Assembly: GCA_965224085.1 (NCBI GenBank)
Contig: CBDCYI010000011.1
Span: 1,152,001 to 1,216,000 of the forward strand
From: Candidatus Marinacidobacterales bacterium
GTDB taxonomy: Bacteria > Acidobacteriota > Vicinamibacteria > Marinacidobacterales > SMYC01
Direction: 5' to 3'
Length of the DNA stretch: 64,000 bases
Shown: positions 20,216-30,429 of the stretch, piece after piece
How positions within the stretch are numbered: the first letter of the stretch is position 1
Layout of the letters: every line of letters starts with the position of its first letter
Notes under the pieces: generated by a model
Seen by the model: the letters and a program-made list of their open reading frames with translations, nothing else
Told to the model about the DNA's origin: nothing
The model's database searches: none
Translations under genes and position numbers: made by a program

Positions 20216-22669
20216 TTACGGATGTTGAACGACACCCACGGTCTCGGTCTCGGTGTCCCCAGTCTCGGCGGTGCTCATCCGAAACGGCGCGCTGTTGACG
20301 ACGCCTAGGATGAAGGAGGACATCCGGTTGTCGTTCTTGGCGGCGTCCGCCGCAATCTTGCGAATTGCGGGCATGTCGAAATACTCGACCCTTCGTCCGA
20401 GCGCGTAGGTCATGAGGCTTTCAGTGAAGGTCATGATAACAGAGTCTCGATAATTGAGCATCGCGTCGCGGAGGCCGAGCGGGCCGTCGAGCGGGGTTCC
20501 GTCGTAGAGCTCGCCCGATGCGTCGATGGGGACCCCGTCATCTTTCGTACGCCACGCGCCGGTCACGTCGAAATTCTCGAGCGCGAGGCCGATGGGGTCG
20601 ATCACCGCGTGGCACGAGTTGCAGGCAGGGTTCGCGCGATGTTCTTCCATGCGCTCGCGTACCGAGAGACGCCTGTCACCCGCGACGTCCTCCGTCTCCT
20701 CGAGCGCCGGCACGTTGGGCGGTGGCGGGGGCGGGGGGCTTCCGAGCAAAACCTCCATGACCCATTTCCCGCGTTGGACCGGCGAGGTGCGATTCGCGAT
20801 GGCCGTGAGCGCGAGGATACTGCCATGGCCGAAGAGCCCGCGGCGGTTTCGGTTGATGCCGTCGAGCGGGACCCGGCGGAACCTGTCGCCGGTGACGTTC
20901 GGGATCCGGTAATGCCGCGCGAGCCTTTCGTTGACGAAAGTGTAGTCGGCTGTCAGAAGCTCCACGACGCTCCGGTCCTTGCGCACGAGGTTTTCGAAGA
21001 ACAGCTCGGTCTCGCGCTTCATCGCGTCGGCAAGGGTCGCGTCATAAAGGGGATAGGTCAAAGCGTCCGGGTGCAGTTTGTGAAGATCCTGGAGCCGCAG
21101 CCATTGCGACGCAAAACGCGTGGCGAGCGTTTCCGAGCGTTCATCGTCCACCATGCGACTTACTTGCTGTTCGAAGATAGCGGCGTCTGATAACTTTCCG
21201 TCCGCGGCGAGCGCCAAGAGCTCTTCGTCGGGAGGGCTCGACCACAAGAAAAACGACAAACGCGACGCGAGATCGACGTCTGCGATGCTATAGCTCTCGC
21301 CGGGCGCCGCGTGAGACGGCGACGGCTCCAAACGAAAGATGAAGCTCGGGCTCGCAAGGATCGCTTGAAGAGCCATCCGGATGCCGCTCTCGAAGTCGCC
21401 TCCCTCGCGCCCAATCATATAGAACGACATGAAGGCTTCGAGATCCGCATTGATGAGGGGGCGTCGATAAGCGCGCTTTGCGAGGTTGGTCACGATCTCT
21501 TCGGCGCAGGGAAGCTCTTCTTTCGATGTCGTCGGGCGGCAGATGAAAATGCGGCGCCGGGCGGGGGTGTCGGAGACGCCCGTGACGTTATACGGCCCAC
21601 TGATGTTGAAATCGCGAAGATGCGGCACGGTCGTGACGCCGTAATCCGTGCCGATTTCGCTATCGGCGAGGGTGTGCTCGATCGGGATGAGCAAGTCTTG
21701 GACGGGAGCTTCTGAATGGACGAGAAAGGCGGCGGTGACCCTTTGCGGGCCCGCCTTGACGTAAATGGGCTCGCTCTGAATCGTCAAACCGTTCGGTTCG
21801 GTCTCGGAGAGCATGGGATCCACGTCCAAGAGCGCGACCCGCGCGCCGTTGACTGAAACCTCGATTTGCTCGTTTCCGGCCGGACGGCCAAAGAGCTCGC
21901 CCTCGGGCGAGCCGTGAAGCAGCGCCTTGAAGATGTAATCGCCATCGGCGCGGAAGATGTTGACGACGGAGATACCGCCGCGCGTTCCGAACGGTGCGCC
22001 TTGGGCGCGACGCGTCTGGGACGCTGTCCGCGGGACTTTGAACGTGACTTCGCTAGGGTCGGCCGCGGGATCGCCGACGGCGAGACGGCTGACTTGGTCG
22101 GCGGCGCGCAGATAGCTATCCATTAGCGTCGGCGACATGCTTTGAACGTCGGCGATGTTGTCGAAGCTATGGCTTACCGTGTCGGGCGGCAAGAGCGCGG
22201 CGACGTCGACGTCGAGCGCGAGCAGGTAGGCGACTGAGGTCCTATATTCGGCGCGGTTGAGACGCTGGAAGTCTCGCCGTCCGGGGTTGGGACTCGAGAA
22301 GTAAGCCGCGTCGATCCTCGACTCGAGCGCGGCGTTGAAGGCTGCGACCTCGGCGCGGTCGGGCCGAGAGGCATAGGAAGGCGGCATCATGCCGGTGCGC
22401 AGCTTGCGGAGAATTTTTTCCGCGACCTCGGTATCGCGCCCGAGCTTCGACGCGTCGAAGGACTCCAAGGTGAGGCCGCCCGTCAACGCCGCGTCGCTGT
22501 GGCACATGAGGCAATAGTCTTCGACCATCGCGCGCTGCTCGGCGAGCGACATCATGCCTTCTGGGAGCGCAAACTCCTCTTGTGCCGCCACGACTTGCGT
22601 GCAAGCAAGTGCGGCCCCCACTATTCCTGCGGAGAAAGTACGCATAGTGACCCTTCCGTTCGAGCTCAT
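20216..22669 (-). CDS. DUF1592/DUF1587/DUF1595/DUF1588/DUF1585 cytochrome c-like protein
   Basis: CLMCH and CNSCH heme motifs; RLNRAEY, LASRLSFFLWSSPPD and TSPVQRGKWV motifs. Confidence 0.92.
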   Translation of the reverse strand: MSSNGRVTMRTFSAGIVGAALACTQVVAAQEEFALPEGMMSLAEQRAMVEDYCLMCHSDAALTGGLTLESFDASKLGRDTEVAEKILRKLRTGMMPPSYASRPDRAEVAAFNAALESRIDAAYFSSPNPGRRDFQRLNRAEYRTSVAYLLALDVDVAALLPPDTVSHSFDNIADVQSMSPTLMDSYLRAADQVSRLAVGDPAADPSEVTFKVPRTASQTRRAQGAPFGTRGGISVVNIFRADGDYIFKALLHGSPEGELFGRPAGNEQIEVSVNGARVALLDVDPMLSETEPNGLTIQSEPIYVKAGPQRVTAAFLVHSEAPVQDLLIPIEHTLADSEIGTDYGVTTVPHLRDFNISGPYNVTGVSDTPARRRIFICRPTTSKEELPCAEEIVTNLAKRAYRRPLINADLEAFMSFYMIGREGGDFESGIRMALQAILASPSFIFRLEPSPSHAAPGESYSIADVDLASRLSFFLWSSPPDEELLALAADGKLSDAAIFEQQVSRMVDDERSETLATRFASQWLRLQDLHKLHPDALTYPLYDATLADAMKRETELFFENLVRKDRSVVELLTADYTFVNERLARHYRIPNVTGDRFRRVPLDGINRNRRGLFGHGSILALTAIANRTSPVQRGKWVMEVLLGSPPPPPPPNVPALEETEDVAGDRRLSVRERMEEHRANPACNSCHAVIDPIGLALENFDVTGAWRTKDDGVPIDASGELYDGTPLDGPLGLRDAMLNYRDSVIMTFTESLMTYALGRRVEYFDMPAIRKIAADAAKNDNRMSSFILGVVNSAPFRMSTAETGDTETETVGVVQHP

Positions 22670-22713
22670 TCGGCACGCCGCCCCGAGACGACCTCATCGC
22701 CCTATGATGTCCG

Positions 22714-22785
22714 ATTTGGACTCCAAATTTCAACAAGAACGGAACTAAGAAGTGCAGTGGGTGCTGTCATGTTAACTTGACAGCA
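22714..22785. promoter_or_regulatory. Two inverted repeats upstream of the DUF1592 operon (putative operators)
   Basis: ATTTGGA-C-TCCAAAT (22714-22728) and TGCTGTCA-N8-TGACAGCA (22762-22785). Confidence 0.4.
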
Positions 22786-22879
22786 ATGGCATCGCCCGGG
22801 CGGGCGAAGGTAATCGGAGACTGACCAGCCTTTCTGTTCCGCGAGGGAACGACACCCTTATTGCGGCAATTTCGCCACG

Positions 22880-23090
22880 AACTCTTTGCGGCCCAGAGGT
22901 TTTCGGTGAACCGCGTGATCGACCGGTCCTCCGCTCCGCCGAGCCCACCCGCCCAAAGCTGCTCGTCTTTCACCATCTGCCAGACGCTTCTTGTCCGGCG
23001 AGAGGGCGAACCCCCGTACACCGTCGATTCCTTTCAATCGAGCTCTCCTGTCGTCGAGACCGTCCAGAGCTTTCCCGCGTGAAGAAAGAG
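22880..23090 (-). pseudogene. Degraded PD40/WD40-like repeat fragment
   Basis: VRGFALSPDKKRLA and ITRFTE pieces in shifting frames. Confidence 0.35.
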
Positions 23091-23281
23091 AATCTGGATC
23101 GAGGAGATCCACTCGAAACGACCAACAGGACCTTGATGCAGTTGCCACCGGGGAGCGCTATTCTAGCGAACTCAAAACCCCGGCTCAACCTAGGAAAGCA
23201 TGTTTGACCTTCGGGCCTGTTTTGCGGCATAGTCCCGCCCGTGCCCTGTTGCCAGGCTCGGTTCCGACTCGGGAGGTCGAC

Positions 23282-23570
23282 GTGAAAAAACTCTGGATCG
23301 TTTGGATGTTGACGTTGCCCGCTGCCTCCGGACAAGACCTACCGTCGGACGAGGTGAAGGGTGCAGAGGATACCGTTGCGACGTTCTCGATCGTGGCTCG
23401 TGACCCGGCGACGGGAGAGCTCGGCCTCGCGGTGCAATCCCGTGCCTTTCGCGCCGGGCGGACCGTACCGTACGGCAAGCCCGGGGTGGGAATGATCGCC
23501 TCCCAGGCCGGGGCAGCGAGAACCCCATACGGTCGGAAAGGCATGGAGATGCTGGAAGCCGGCGTTTCAG
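23282..23570 (+). pseudogene. DUF1028 (Ntn-hydrolase-like) protein, N-terminal part cut off by the duplication
   Basis: Signal peptide, then ATFSIVARDPATGELGLAVQS...PGVGMIASQA; sequence switches to repeat copy 2 at 23571. Confidence 0.8.
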
Positions 23571-24967
23571 GCTTGCCCGGACACGTCTTTGATCTCCCGC
23601 GCGCTCTGGTTCGCGACCGGCGGACGATAACCGGCATTGCTCGTCGGGATATTCGTGTCCGCGCCATAGGCTCGTAGGAGCTTCATTGCAGCGACGTCGC
23701 TTCCATAGGCAGCGCGCCAAAAAGGTGTGGCGCCTATCTCGTTGATCGACGAGCGGTCGAAGTTATAGCCCATGAACCACACTTTTTTCTTCACACGGAC
23801 GTTCGGGTCCGCGCCCGCTAAAAGGAGCGCTTCCATCAGCTCGAGATGGGTGAGCTTTTGTTGTTTGTGCGCGGTCGGTTGCGGGTAGGCCGCCCGCGGC
23901 GCCCAAGCTAGATTGATCGTCGCGTAGAGCGGCGTCACGTCTGCTGGCTCGCTCGCAAGATTGGGATCCGCGCCTTCGTCCACGAGGAGCTTGGCGAGAT
24001 CGAAGTGGCCGTTCATCGTCGCGATGAGGAGCGGGCTCGTCTCGCTGCCTTCGGCGACACGATCGATGTCTGCGCCGGCCTCGAGAAGCGCTCGGACGGA
24101 GTCGGTCTGGCCTTGCCGCGCCGCGAAAAGAAGTGCGCTCATCCCGCCTTGCACGCCGACGCGGTTACCGAACGGCTCCCGCTGGCGCCGAGGCGGTTCG
24201 TTCTCCTCGCCGCCACCAGGGATCATCCAGCCAAAGAGCTTCGCGAAGAAGCTCTTTTCGGGCTTTTGGTCATCCTCTACTTGCGCTACGTCGTCGCCCG
24301 CAGCTTTGGCGCGTGCCTTGCGCAAATCCTCGATCCGCTTCTCGAAACCGTCTCGGATGGCTTTGTTGAGCGTCGGCACGTCGATGACGTCGGTCACGAG
24401 GCTCAGCTCGGCGCCGCGCTCGATGAGAAGCTCGATCACTCTGTGTCGACCGTTGGCCGCGGCGAACATGAGAGCCGTTTGGCCGCCGCTCGACTCGCGG
24501 GCGTTGACATCGGGCTCGCGATCGAGAAGGAGGCGGACCGACTCGACGCTTCCCGAGGCGGAGGCGAACATGAGCGCGGTCGCGCCGGTCGTCGTGGCGT
24601 CGTTCGCGTCGGCCCCCGCAGCGAGAAGCGTCTCGACCATTGACGCGTTTCCGTGCTTGCTCGCGAAAAGCAGAGGCGTATGAGCCCCGAGCCGAGTGGT
24701 CGCGCGGACGTTCGCTCCCGCGTATAGAAGCATCTCTGCCATTGCGACGTCGTTTGCGCGCGCGGCCCAGTGGAGCGCCGTCGTGCCCCCGCCTTGAGCC
24801 GCGTTCACGTCGAGCCCTTGCTGCAACAATGCGCGTACCACTTCACGGTCGCCTTGCTCTGCCGCGTCCGCGACGGGGAAGGGGCTCATCGTGACGTCGA
24901 CCGGCCCTGCTGCCGCCAAAGCAAAAACGCCGAGCGCGAGAATCATCCGGTATCGCATCTTTCTCAT
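23567..24967 (-). pseudogene. 3'-truncated duplicate of the ankyrin-repeat gene
   Basis: Identical to the first 466 aa of the 595-aa protein at 16991-18778. Confidence 0.88.
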
Positions 24968-24987
24968 GGTCTACCCGGTCTCATGGT

Positions 24988-26394
24988 CTACCCGGTGACC
25001 TCCGTTTGGCTCACTGGAACGCTCGTCAAGTCGAGCGGCTCGGTGCTGTCTCCGAAGGACTCGCGATCGTCGAAGCCGAGCTTGTGCAGAACGCTCAGCA
25101 TGGCGTTGGCTGTCGGCGTTTGGTCGGCCGCTTTGATGTGAAGGTTTCCTGGGAGCTGGCCATTCGCGTGGCCAGCGAGAAAGAGGGGAACGCGTTTGTG
25201 GTTGTGAATGTTCGGGTCTCCCATCGGGGAGCCGTAGAGAATCAGGCTCTTCTCTAGAAGGTCGCTCCCGTTCTCCTCGGCGTCCTGAAGCTTCTTCAGC
25301 AGATAGGGCACGAGGCTCACGTGGTAGAGGTTGATCTTCGATAGCTTGATGACGCCTGGCTCCCGGCCCCTGTGATGAGAAGCATTGTGAAAGCCTTCGT
25401 AGACGCCGCTTTCGGGAAACGAACGCCCCGAGACATCGCGGCTCATCTTGAACGAGACGACGCGCGTCATGTCGGCCATAAAGGCAAGCGTCATCAGATC
25501 GAACATGATCTCGACGTGCTCGCTATAGGAGTCGGGCACGCCGATCGGGGCATCCGGAAGCTCGCGGAGCTCGCCGCTTTGGTTGCGCTCTTCGACTTTC
25601 TCGATGCGCCGCTCGATCTCCCGGATGTTCTCGAGATAGGCATCGAGCCGGTTTCGATCGCTCGGGCCGAGCGTTCCTTTGAGCCGTGCGACCTCGCTCG
25701 GGATCCAGTCGAGGATGCTGCGATGGGCCTCGCGCCGCGCGGCACGCTTTTCCGAACTTCCGCCGGAGCCGAAGAGCTGGTCGAAGGCCAGGCGCGGATC
25801 GCGGATCATGGGGAGCGGCTCTGTCGCCGATGCCCAGCTGATTGTATCCATGTAGACGCAGGCATAGCCGTAGAGGCAGCCGCCCGACTGGTCCACGTTC
25901 TCGATACACAGCTGCATCGAGGGGATGGGATTGTCTTGGCCGAACCGCTGAGCGTAGAGCTGATCGAGCGACGTTCCCGCGGTAATGTCCGAGCCTTCGG
26001 TTTGCTTCGGGTGCGATTGCGTGAGGTAGACGGAGCTCGAGCGGAAATGGTCGCCTCCGGTCTCCGGCGGTGTGAACGCCTCGGCGTTGCGGGTGTCGGT
26101 GTTGCTCACGATCGTGACGTAATCGCGAAAGGGTTCGAGCGGGCTCAAGCTGCTCGGCGTCAAATCGAAATCGTGGCCCACGGCGGCGGGCGACCAAAGG
26201 TTTTTCTCGGCGCCGATCTTGTTGCTGCCGGCGGCGCCATGCACCATCTCCATGCACACCAAACGTGTTGGGTCGGTGGTCGCCCCCCAGGCTTTGCGGG
26301 TGGGGATCATCGCCTCCAACATCGGAAGCGCCACCGTTGCGCCCATACCGCGCAGCACGCTGCGGCGGGATATGTGTTTGTTCGTTACGTACAC
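24988..26394 (-). CDS. DUF1552 protein, complete duplicate (one P-to-S change)
   Basis: GGSSEK here vs GGSPEK in copy 1; otherwise the translations are identical. Confidence 0.88.
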   Translation of the reverse strand: MYVTNKHISRRSVLRGMGATVALPMLEAMIPTRKAWGATTDPTRLVCMEMVHGAAGSNKIGAEKNLWSPAAVGHDFDLTPSSLSPLEPFRDYVTIVSNTDTRNAEAFTPPETGGDHFRSSSVYLTQSHPKQTEGSDITAGTSLDQLYAQRFGQDNPIPSMQLCIENVDQSGGCLYGYACVYMDTISWASATEPLPMIRDPRLAFDQLFGSGGSSEKRAARREAHRSILDWIPSEVARLKGTLGPSDRNRLDAYLENIREIERRIEKVEERNQSGELRELPDAPIGVPDSYSEHVEIMFDLMTLAFMADMTRVVSFKMSRDVSGRSFPESGVYEGFHNASHHRGREPGVIKLSKINLYHVSLVPYLLKKLQDAEENGSDLLEKSLILYGSPMGDPNIHNHKRVPLFLAGHANGQLPGNLHIKAADQTPTANAMLSVLHKLGFDDRESFGDSTEPLDLTSVPVSQTEVTG

Positions 26395-26404
26395 GGGACT
26401 CTCC

Positions 26405-26831
26405 TTACGGATGTTGAACGACACCCACGGTCTCGGTCTCGGTGTCCCCAGTCTCGGCGGTGCTCATCCGAAACGGCGCGCTGTTGACGACGCCTAGGAT
26501 GAAGGAGGACATCCGGTTGTCGTTCTTGGCGGCGTCCGCCGCAATCTTGCGAATTGCGGGCATGTCGAAATACTCGACCCTTCGTCCGAGCGCGTAGGTC
26601 ATGAGGCTTTCAGTGAAGGTCATGATAACAGAGTCTCGATAATTGAGCATCGCGTCGCGGAGGCCGAGCGGGCCGTCGAGCGGGGTTCCGTCGTAGAGCT
26701 CGCCCGATGCGTCGATGGGGACCCCGTCATCTTTCGTACGCCACGCGCCGGTCACGTCGAAATTCTCGAGCGCGAGGCCGATGGGGTCGATCACCGCGTG
26801 GCACGAGTTGCAGGCAGGGTTCGCGCGATGT
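26405..26831 (-). pseudogene. 5'-truncated duplicate of the DUF1592 gene (C-terminal part only)
   Basis: HRANPACNSCH...VVQHP* identical to the end of 20216-22669. Confidence 0.88.
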
Positions 26832-26899
26832 ATCCCCCAACAAGGCACCTCGTCTACGTGCAGCATGGCACTCGAAGCTTCCGTCAAGAGTCCTATGAA

Positions 26900-27799
26900 C
26901 TAGATCGAAGCGATTCTTCTCAGCGTCGCGGCCAGGCGGCGGGACATGATTTTGCACAATACGTTCGTGAAATAGAGCCCGGTTGCGACGTTGTGTTGGA
27001 AAGCGCGCTCGAGGCTGTTCGGCGAGAGCACGTGAAGACGCAAGCTTGTCTGCGCCACTGCGCTCGCGGAGCGAGGGCTCCCGTCCACGAAGGCCATCTC
27101 GCCGAAAAAGTCCCCTGCTTCCAATCGATCTAGGGTCATCTTCGTGCCGGCGTCGGTCTCCTTCAAAATATCTACCTTGCCGGCCGCGATGACGAAGAGC
27201 TCCTTCCCGTGCTCGCCCTCTTCGAAGAGCACCGTCCCCGCATCGTAGTCGCGGGTCACGGAGAAGGACCGAAGCCGCCGCAAATCGAGCTCGCCGAGCT
27301 CTCGCGGCCTCGCTCCGGGGGATGCTGCGGCCGGGTGAGACATTCGCAGAAGCTCGTTGGCGAGGCGGATTTTCCCTGATAGGCCCATGCTAAGGACGGC
27401 CATGAGCTTGGGCGCCCCGGTTCGGCTGTAACGAAAAGCATTCTTGATGTCCGGAATCGTCCAAGAGAGACATCTCGTGTCTCTTTCGGCTTTGGCCCGG
27501 ATGCCAGCCGGGTCAGGTTCGAACAGGTTCATTTCTCCCAAAAGACCGCCTCGTTCGAGCGTACCGAGGCTCCGGATCGAACCGCCGGATTCGACGCTCA
27601 GCCCCACAGCACCGTCATGAATGAGAAGCAGCGAGTCGACGACCGAGACCTCGCTTCCGGCCGCCAACTTCAAAAGCGTGGCGGACTCATCGAACACGAG
27701 CGCTTCGGACTCGGTCAGGGCGCTCAATAAGGGGAAAGTTTTTGTGGTCGGTTTCACGACGCGCCCGTCTTTCTCGCTGGCCCAAGACCCTTGTGCCAT
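26900..27799 (-). CDS. Tandem cyclic-nucleotide-binding domain protein
   Basis: Two cNMP domains (GGLLGEMNLF; GDFFGEMAFVDGSPRSASAVA); start uncertain. Confidence 0.8.
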   Translation of the reverse strand: MAQGSWASEKDGRVVKPTTKTFPLLSALTESEALVFDESATLLKLAAGSEVSVVDSLLLIHDGAVGLSVESGGSIRSLGTLERGGLLGEMNLFEPDPAGIRAKAERDTRCLSWTIPDIKNAFRYSRTGAPKLMAVLSMGLSGKIRLANELLRMSHPAAASPGARPRELGELDLRRLRSFSVTRDYDAGTVLFEEGEHGKELFVIAAGKVDILKETDAGTKMTLDRLEAGDFFGEMAFVDGSPRSASAVAQTSLRLHVLSPNSLERAFQHNVATGLYFTNVLCKIMSRRLAATLRRIASI

Positions 27800-27863
27800 G
27801 CCCGAACCCGCCGACGCAATCGTAGATCGGCCTCGGGACATCGTGCCCCGCCGCAGAGGATCT

Positions 27864-28231
27864 CTATTCAGGGAGGGCAAGCGCCGCCAGCGAACCGGGG
27901 AACTGGCCGCCCTTCGCAATCTGCACGACGATGTATTGCCGCCCCTCGTGCATATAAGTCATCATGCCGTACAGTCCGGGAGCCGGAAGTTCGACGCTTC
28001 CGAGCTCCTCGCCCGTCCGTTTGTTGGGCGTTGAGGACGGCTGGCATCGACCTGGTCCAGGGGCGAGTAGCGGGTGCCCCAGGCGTCACCGCTCTGGTAG
28101 CGCCACTCTCGTTCCGGACTGCCTCGATCCTGGGCGATGGCCACGGCTGATAGGGCGAGGAGGCCGCCCAGCGCCAGGGTGAAAGAAAGCTCAAGGGTTC
28201 CGCGCCGAAGGCGTTTCGGGACTGTTCTCAT
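27864..28231 (-). pseudogene. PQQ-dependent (glucose/quinate-type) dehydrogenase with almost the whole interior deleted
   Basis: The N-terminus (signal peptide + EWRYQSGDAWGTRYSPLDQVDAS) is joined at ~28030-28040 to the family C-terminus (KRTGEELGSVELPAPGLYGMMTYMHEGRQYIVVQI...ALALPE*). Confidence 0.8.
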
Positions 28232-28409
28232 CTTAAGGTTAGGAAATTTCAAAGCCTGCCTGGGGCGTTCCACTGCAATTTCTCCAGCTCGACCGTCGTG
28301 GCGTCACGTCATTCAGTGTCGGTAACATTAACAAAGGGTACGTAGCAAGACAAGGCGGTAAGCTCGAAGTGATCGTCGACGTCTTTTGGTAACTCGTCGC
28401 CCGCGCTCT

Positions 28410-28555
28410 CTTCAACAAGAATCGAACTTGGGAACGTTGATCGCGGGAAGCCGTCGGGGACGGCTCGTTGCCGATCTCGCGAAGCTTGACGAAACGAAGC
28501 TCGTCATCCCAAACGACGAGTTCTTCATCCGAACGCGCTATCCCGACGAGCTGAA
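28410..28555 (+). pseudogene. Fragment of a sulfite-oxidase-like molybdopterin oxidoreductase
   Basis: GRLVADLAKLDETKLVIPNDEFFIRTRYPD. Confidence 0.5.
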
Positions 28556-28580
28556 TGCCCTTACTCGGAGTCTTGTGCTC

Positions 28581-29969
28581 TCAGACGGAGTTTCCTGCAG
28601 ACCCGGCCGTAAGGATGCTCGGCGCTTCCTTGTTGCCGGGGTCGAGCTCGAGGACCATGTCGACGGCGGCCACCGCGGCGGCGCTCTTGCCACGGCTTTG
28701 GTACAAGCGTGCGAGCTCTAGCGGGATGTTTGGATCCTTCGGTGAGAGCTCCATGGCAAGCAGGAAGTGCTCTTCCGCCTTGTCTCTGAGCCTCGGGTGA
28801 TGTTGCATGGCTTGTCCGAGCATGAGCCTGAATACAGCTTCCTCTGGCGCGAGTGCTATGAGCTCCTGAAAAATGGTGACCGCGCCGTTCCAGTCTTTCT
28901 CTTTTAGTCGCTTCCTGGCTTCGGTTTCGTGTTGGCGGATCAGGCGGCGTCGCGTGACATCGTCGCCCGCTCGGTTGCGCTTTTCGACGATCTCTTTGAA
29001 CACGGTGGCGAGCCGCAACGTGATCGCATCGATTTTACCTAGGAGATCGTCCGCGGTGACTTGCATGCGCAGCTCGGCCCATTCCTCGCGCAGGGAATCG
29101 TAGGCTTCGCGAAGTTTCGGGATGGAGACATTCTTGCCTACACCGAGCAGATCTTCTCCGCCTACCTGTTCGAGCCGCACGAACTGTGCGTCGATGAGCT
29201 CACGCGCGCTCGCTTCATCGATGACCTCTTTCTTCTGTGGCAGAGGAACGAGCTCGAGGAGTCCGACGGTCAAAAGCCCATAGCAGCTTCTGAGCGCCGC
29301 GCTCCGGTCGATGTCGCCATATCGGACGATTTCTCCGATCGAGGCTCCATCTCTGGCTCTCGCTAATATGTCGCGCTCGACTCGGGCGAGCCGAGCCAGG
29401 TCGAATTTATTTGCGGGCTCGCGAGTCATGCGCACGATCGCGTCGGCGTGCGGGAGGGCATCTAGAATGCTCCGGCCATCCTGAACCCGCCGCAGGCCCT
29501 TGAGTAGCAACGGTGGGACCGAAAGCGAGAAAGGAAGCTGTCCGCCGGCAGAAGTGTTTTCGTCAAAAGTATAGAGACCGTCGGAAAGGCGAAACAGTGA
29601 CAGCACGATGCGCTGGACTTGCACGCCCAGCTCGTGGTGGAGCTTCTTTCTGTCAAGCCGGCCCATTCTTACAAGCGCTTCACCGAAGCGGCAGCCGTCA
29701 TCCCGCATTTTTTGGCTGGCAACTCGGTAGTCCTTCGCCGAGATGCTGTGGTGGGCGAGCATGCTCTCGCCGAGACGGTCATCTCGAACGTTGCTTGTGG
29801 CGAAGCGTACCGCGCCTCTGTCCACGCGGATCGTTTTGATGCGATCCCCGCTGACGATCTGGAACGCCCCCGACCGGCTCTCGTCGGCGACCAGTTTCAA
29901 TAAGTGGCTGAACGTGACTGGAGTGAAGGTTCCCGTCCAGCCGGATTTTGCGGCTGTGGCACTCATCAT
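28581..29969 (-). CDS. DUF4388 + degenerate J-domain-like + TPR protein
   Basis: N-terminal GAVRFATSNVRDDRLGESML...RFGEALVRMG...GLYTFDE; C-terminal TPRs. Confidence 0.8.
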   Translation of the reverse strand: MMSATAAKSGWTGTFTPVTFSHLLKLVADESRSGAFQIVSGDRIKTIRVDRGAVRFATSNVRDDRLGESMLAHHSISAKDYRVASQKMRDDGCRFGEALVRMGRLDRKKLHHELGVQVQRIVLSLFRLSDGLYTFDENTSAGGQLPFSLSVPPLLLKGLRRVQDGRSILDALPHADAIVRMTREPANKFDLARLARVERDILARARDGASIGEIVRYGDIDRSAALRSCYGLLTVGLLELVPLPQKKEVIDEASARELIDAQFVRLEQVGGEDLLGVGKNVSIPKLREAYDSLREEWAELRMQVTADDLLGKIDAITLRLATVFKEIVEKRNRAGDDVTRRRLIRQHETEARKRLKEKDWNGAVTIFQELIALAPEEAVFRLMLGQAMQHHPRLRDKAEEHFLLAMELSPKDPNIPLELARLYQSRGKSAAAVAAVDMVLELDPGNKEAPSILTAGSAGNSV

Positions 29970-30074
29970 GGGTATCAAGCAGGCTACCGCGAAGCGAGGG
30001 CGTTGGCTGTGATGTGAGTTGATGGGTTTGGCCAACGACGCGCGTAGGCGTTTGCCTACGGTCCCACTAGTGTG

Positions 30075-30392
30075 TCAGGGAGCCGTGGTGGCGTTCACGG
30101 CCGGAGCGGCGATCCACTCCGAGCGCGCCGCTAGAGAATCGATGAGGTAGAAGCTCCCGTAGCGCGCAAGGACATCGACCTGAGCGCCGTCTTCGAGTCG
30201 TCGGACGATCGCGGCATCTGTCTCTGGGCGATCGAGGACCGCGGTCGGCCGAGACAGCGCCATCGAGTCGACCGGCACGTCGATGGGCTCCGTTTGGCTC
30301 TCGCGTACATAGCCGCTGATGCCGTTCGGAAGCGCCACGCGGTAACTGCGCTCCGCGCCGCCCCATACTAATAAGGGTGTGTGCGTGTCCAT
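30075..30392 (-). pseudogene. C-terminal remnant with SH3-like domains (possibly an M23 peptidase tail)
   Basis: TPLLVWGG..SYRVALPNGISGYV...VDVLARYGSFYLI; no N-terminus. Confidence 0.45.
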
Positions 30393-30429
30393 TTGCCAAA
30401 AGCCTTCGTCGCCCCGGGTGTTGACGGTG

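Larger units (their letters stand above)
17382..20642. repeat. 3261-bp direct repeat, copy 1
   Basis: Matches 23571-26831 at offset 6189; one substitution seen (19566 G vs 25755 A). Confidence 0.93.
23571..26831. repeat. 3261-bp direct repeat, copy 2
   Basis: Near-identical to 17382-20642. Confidence 0.93.
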
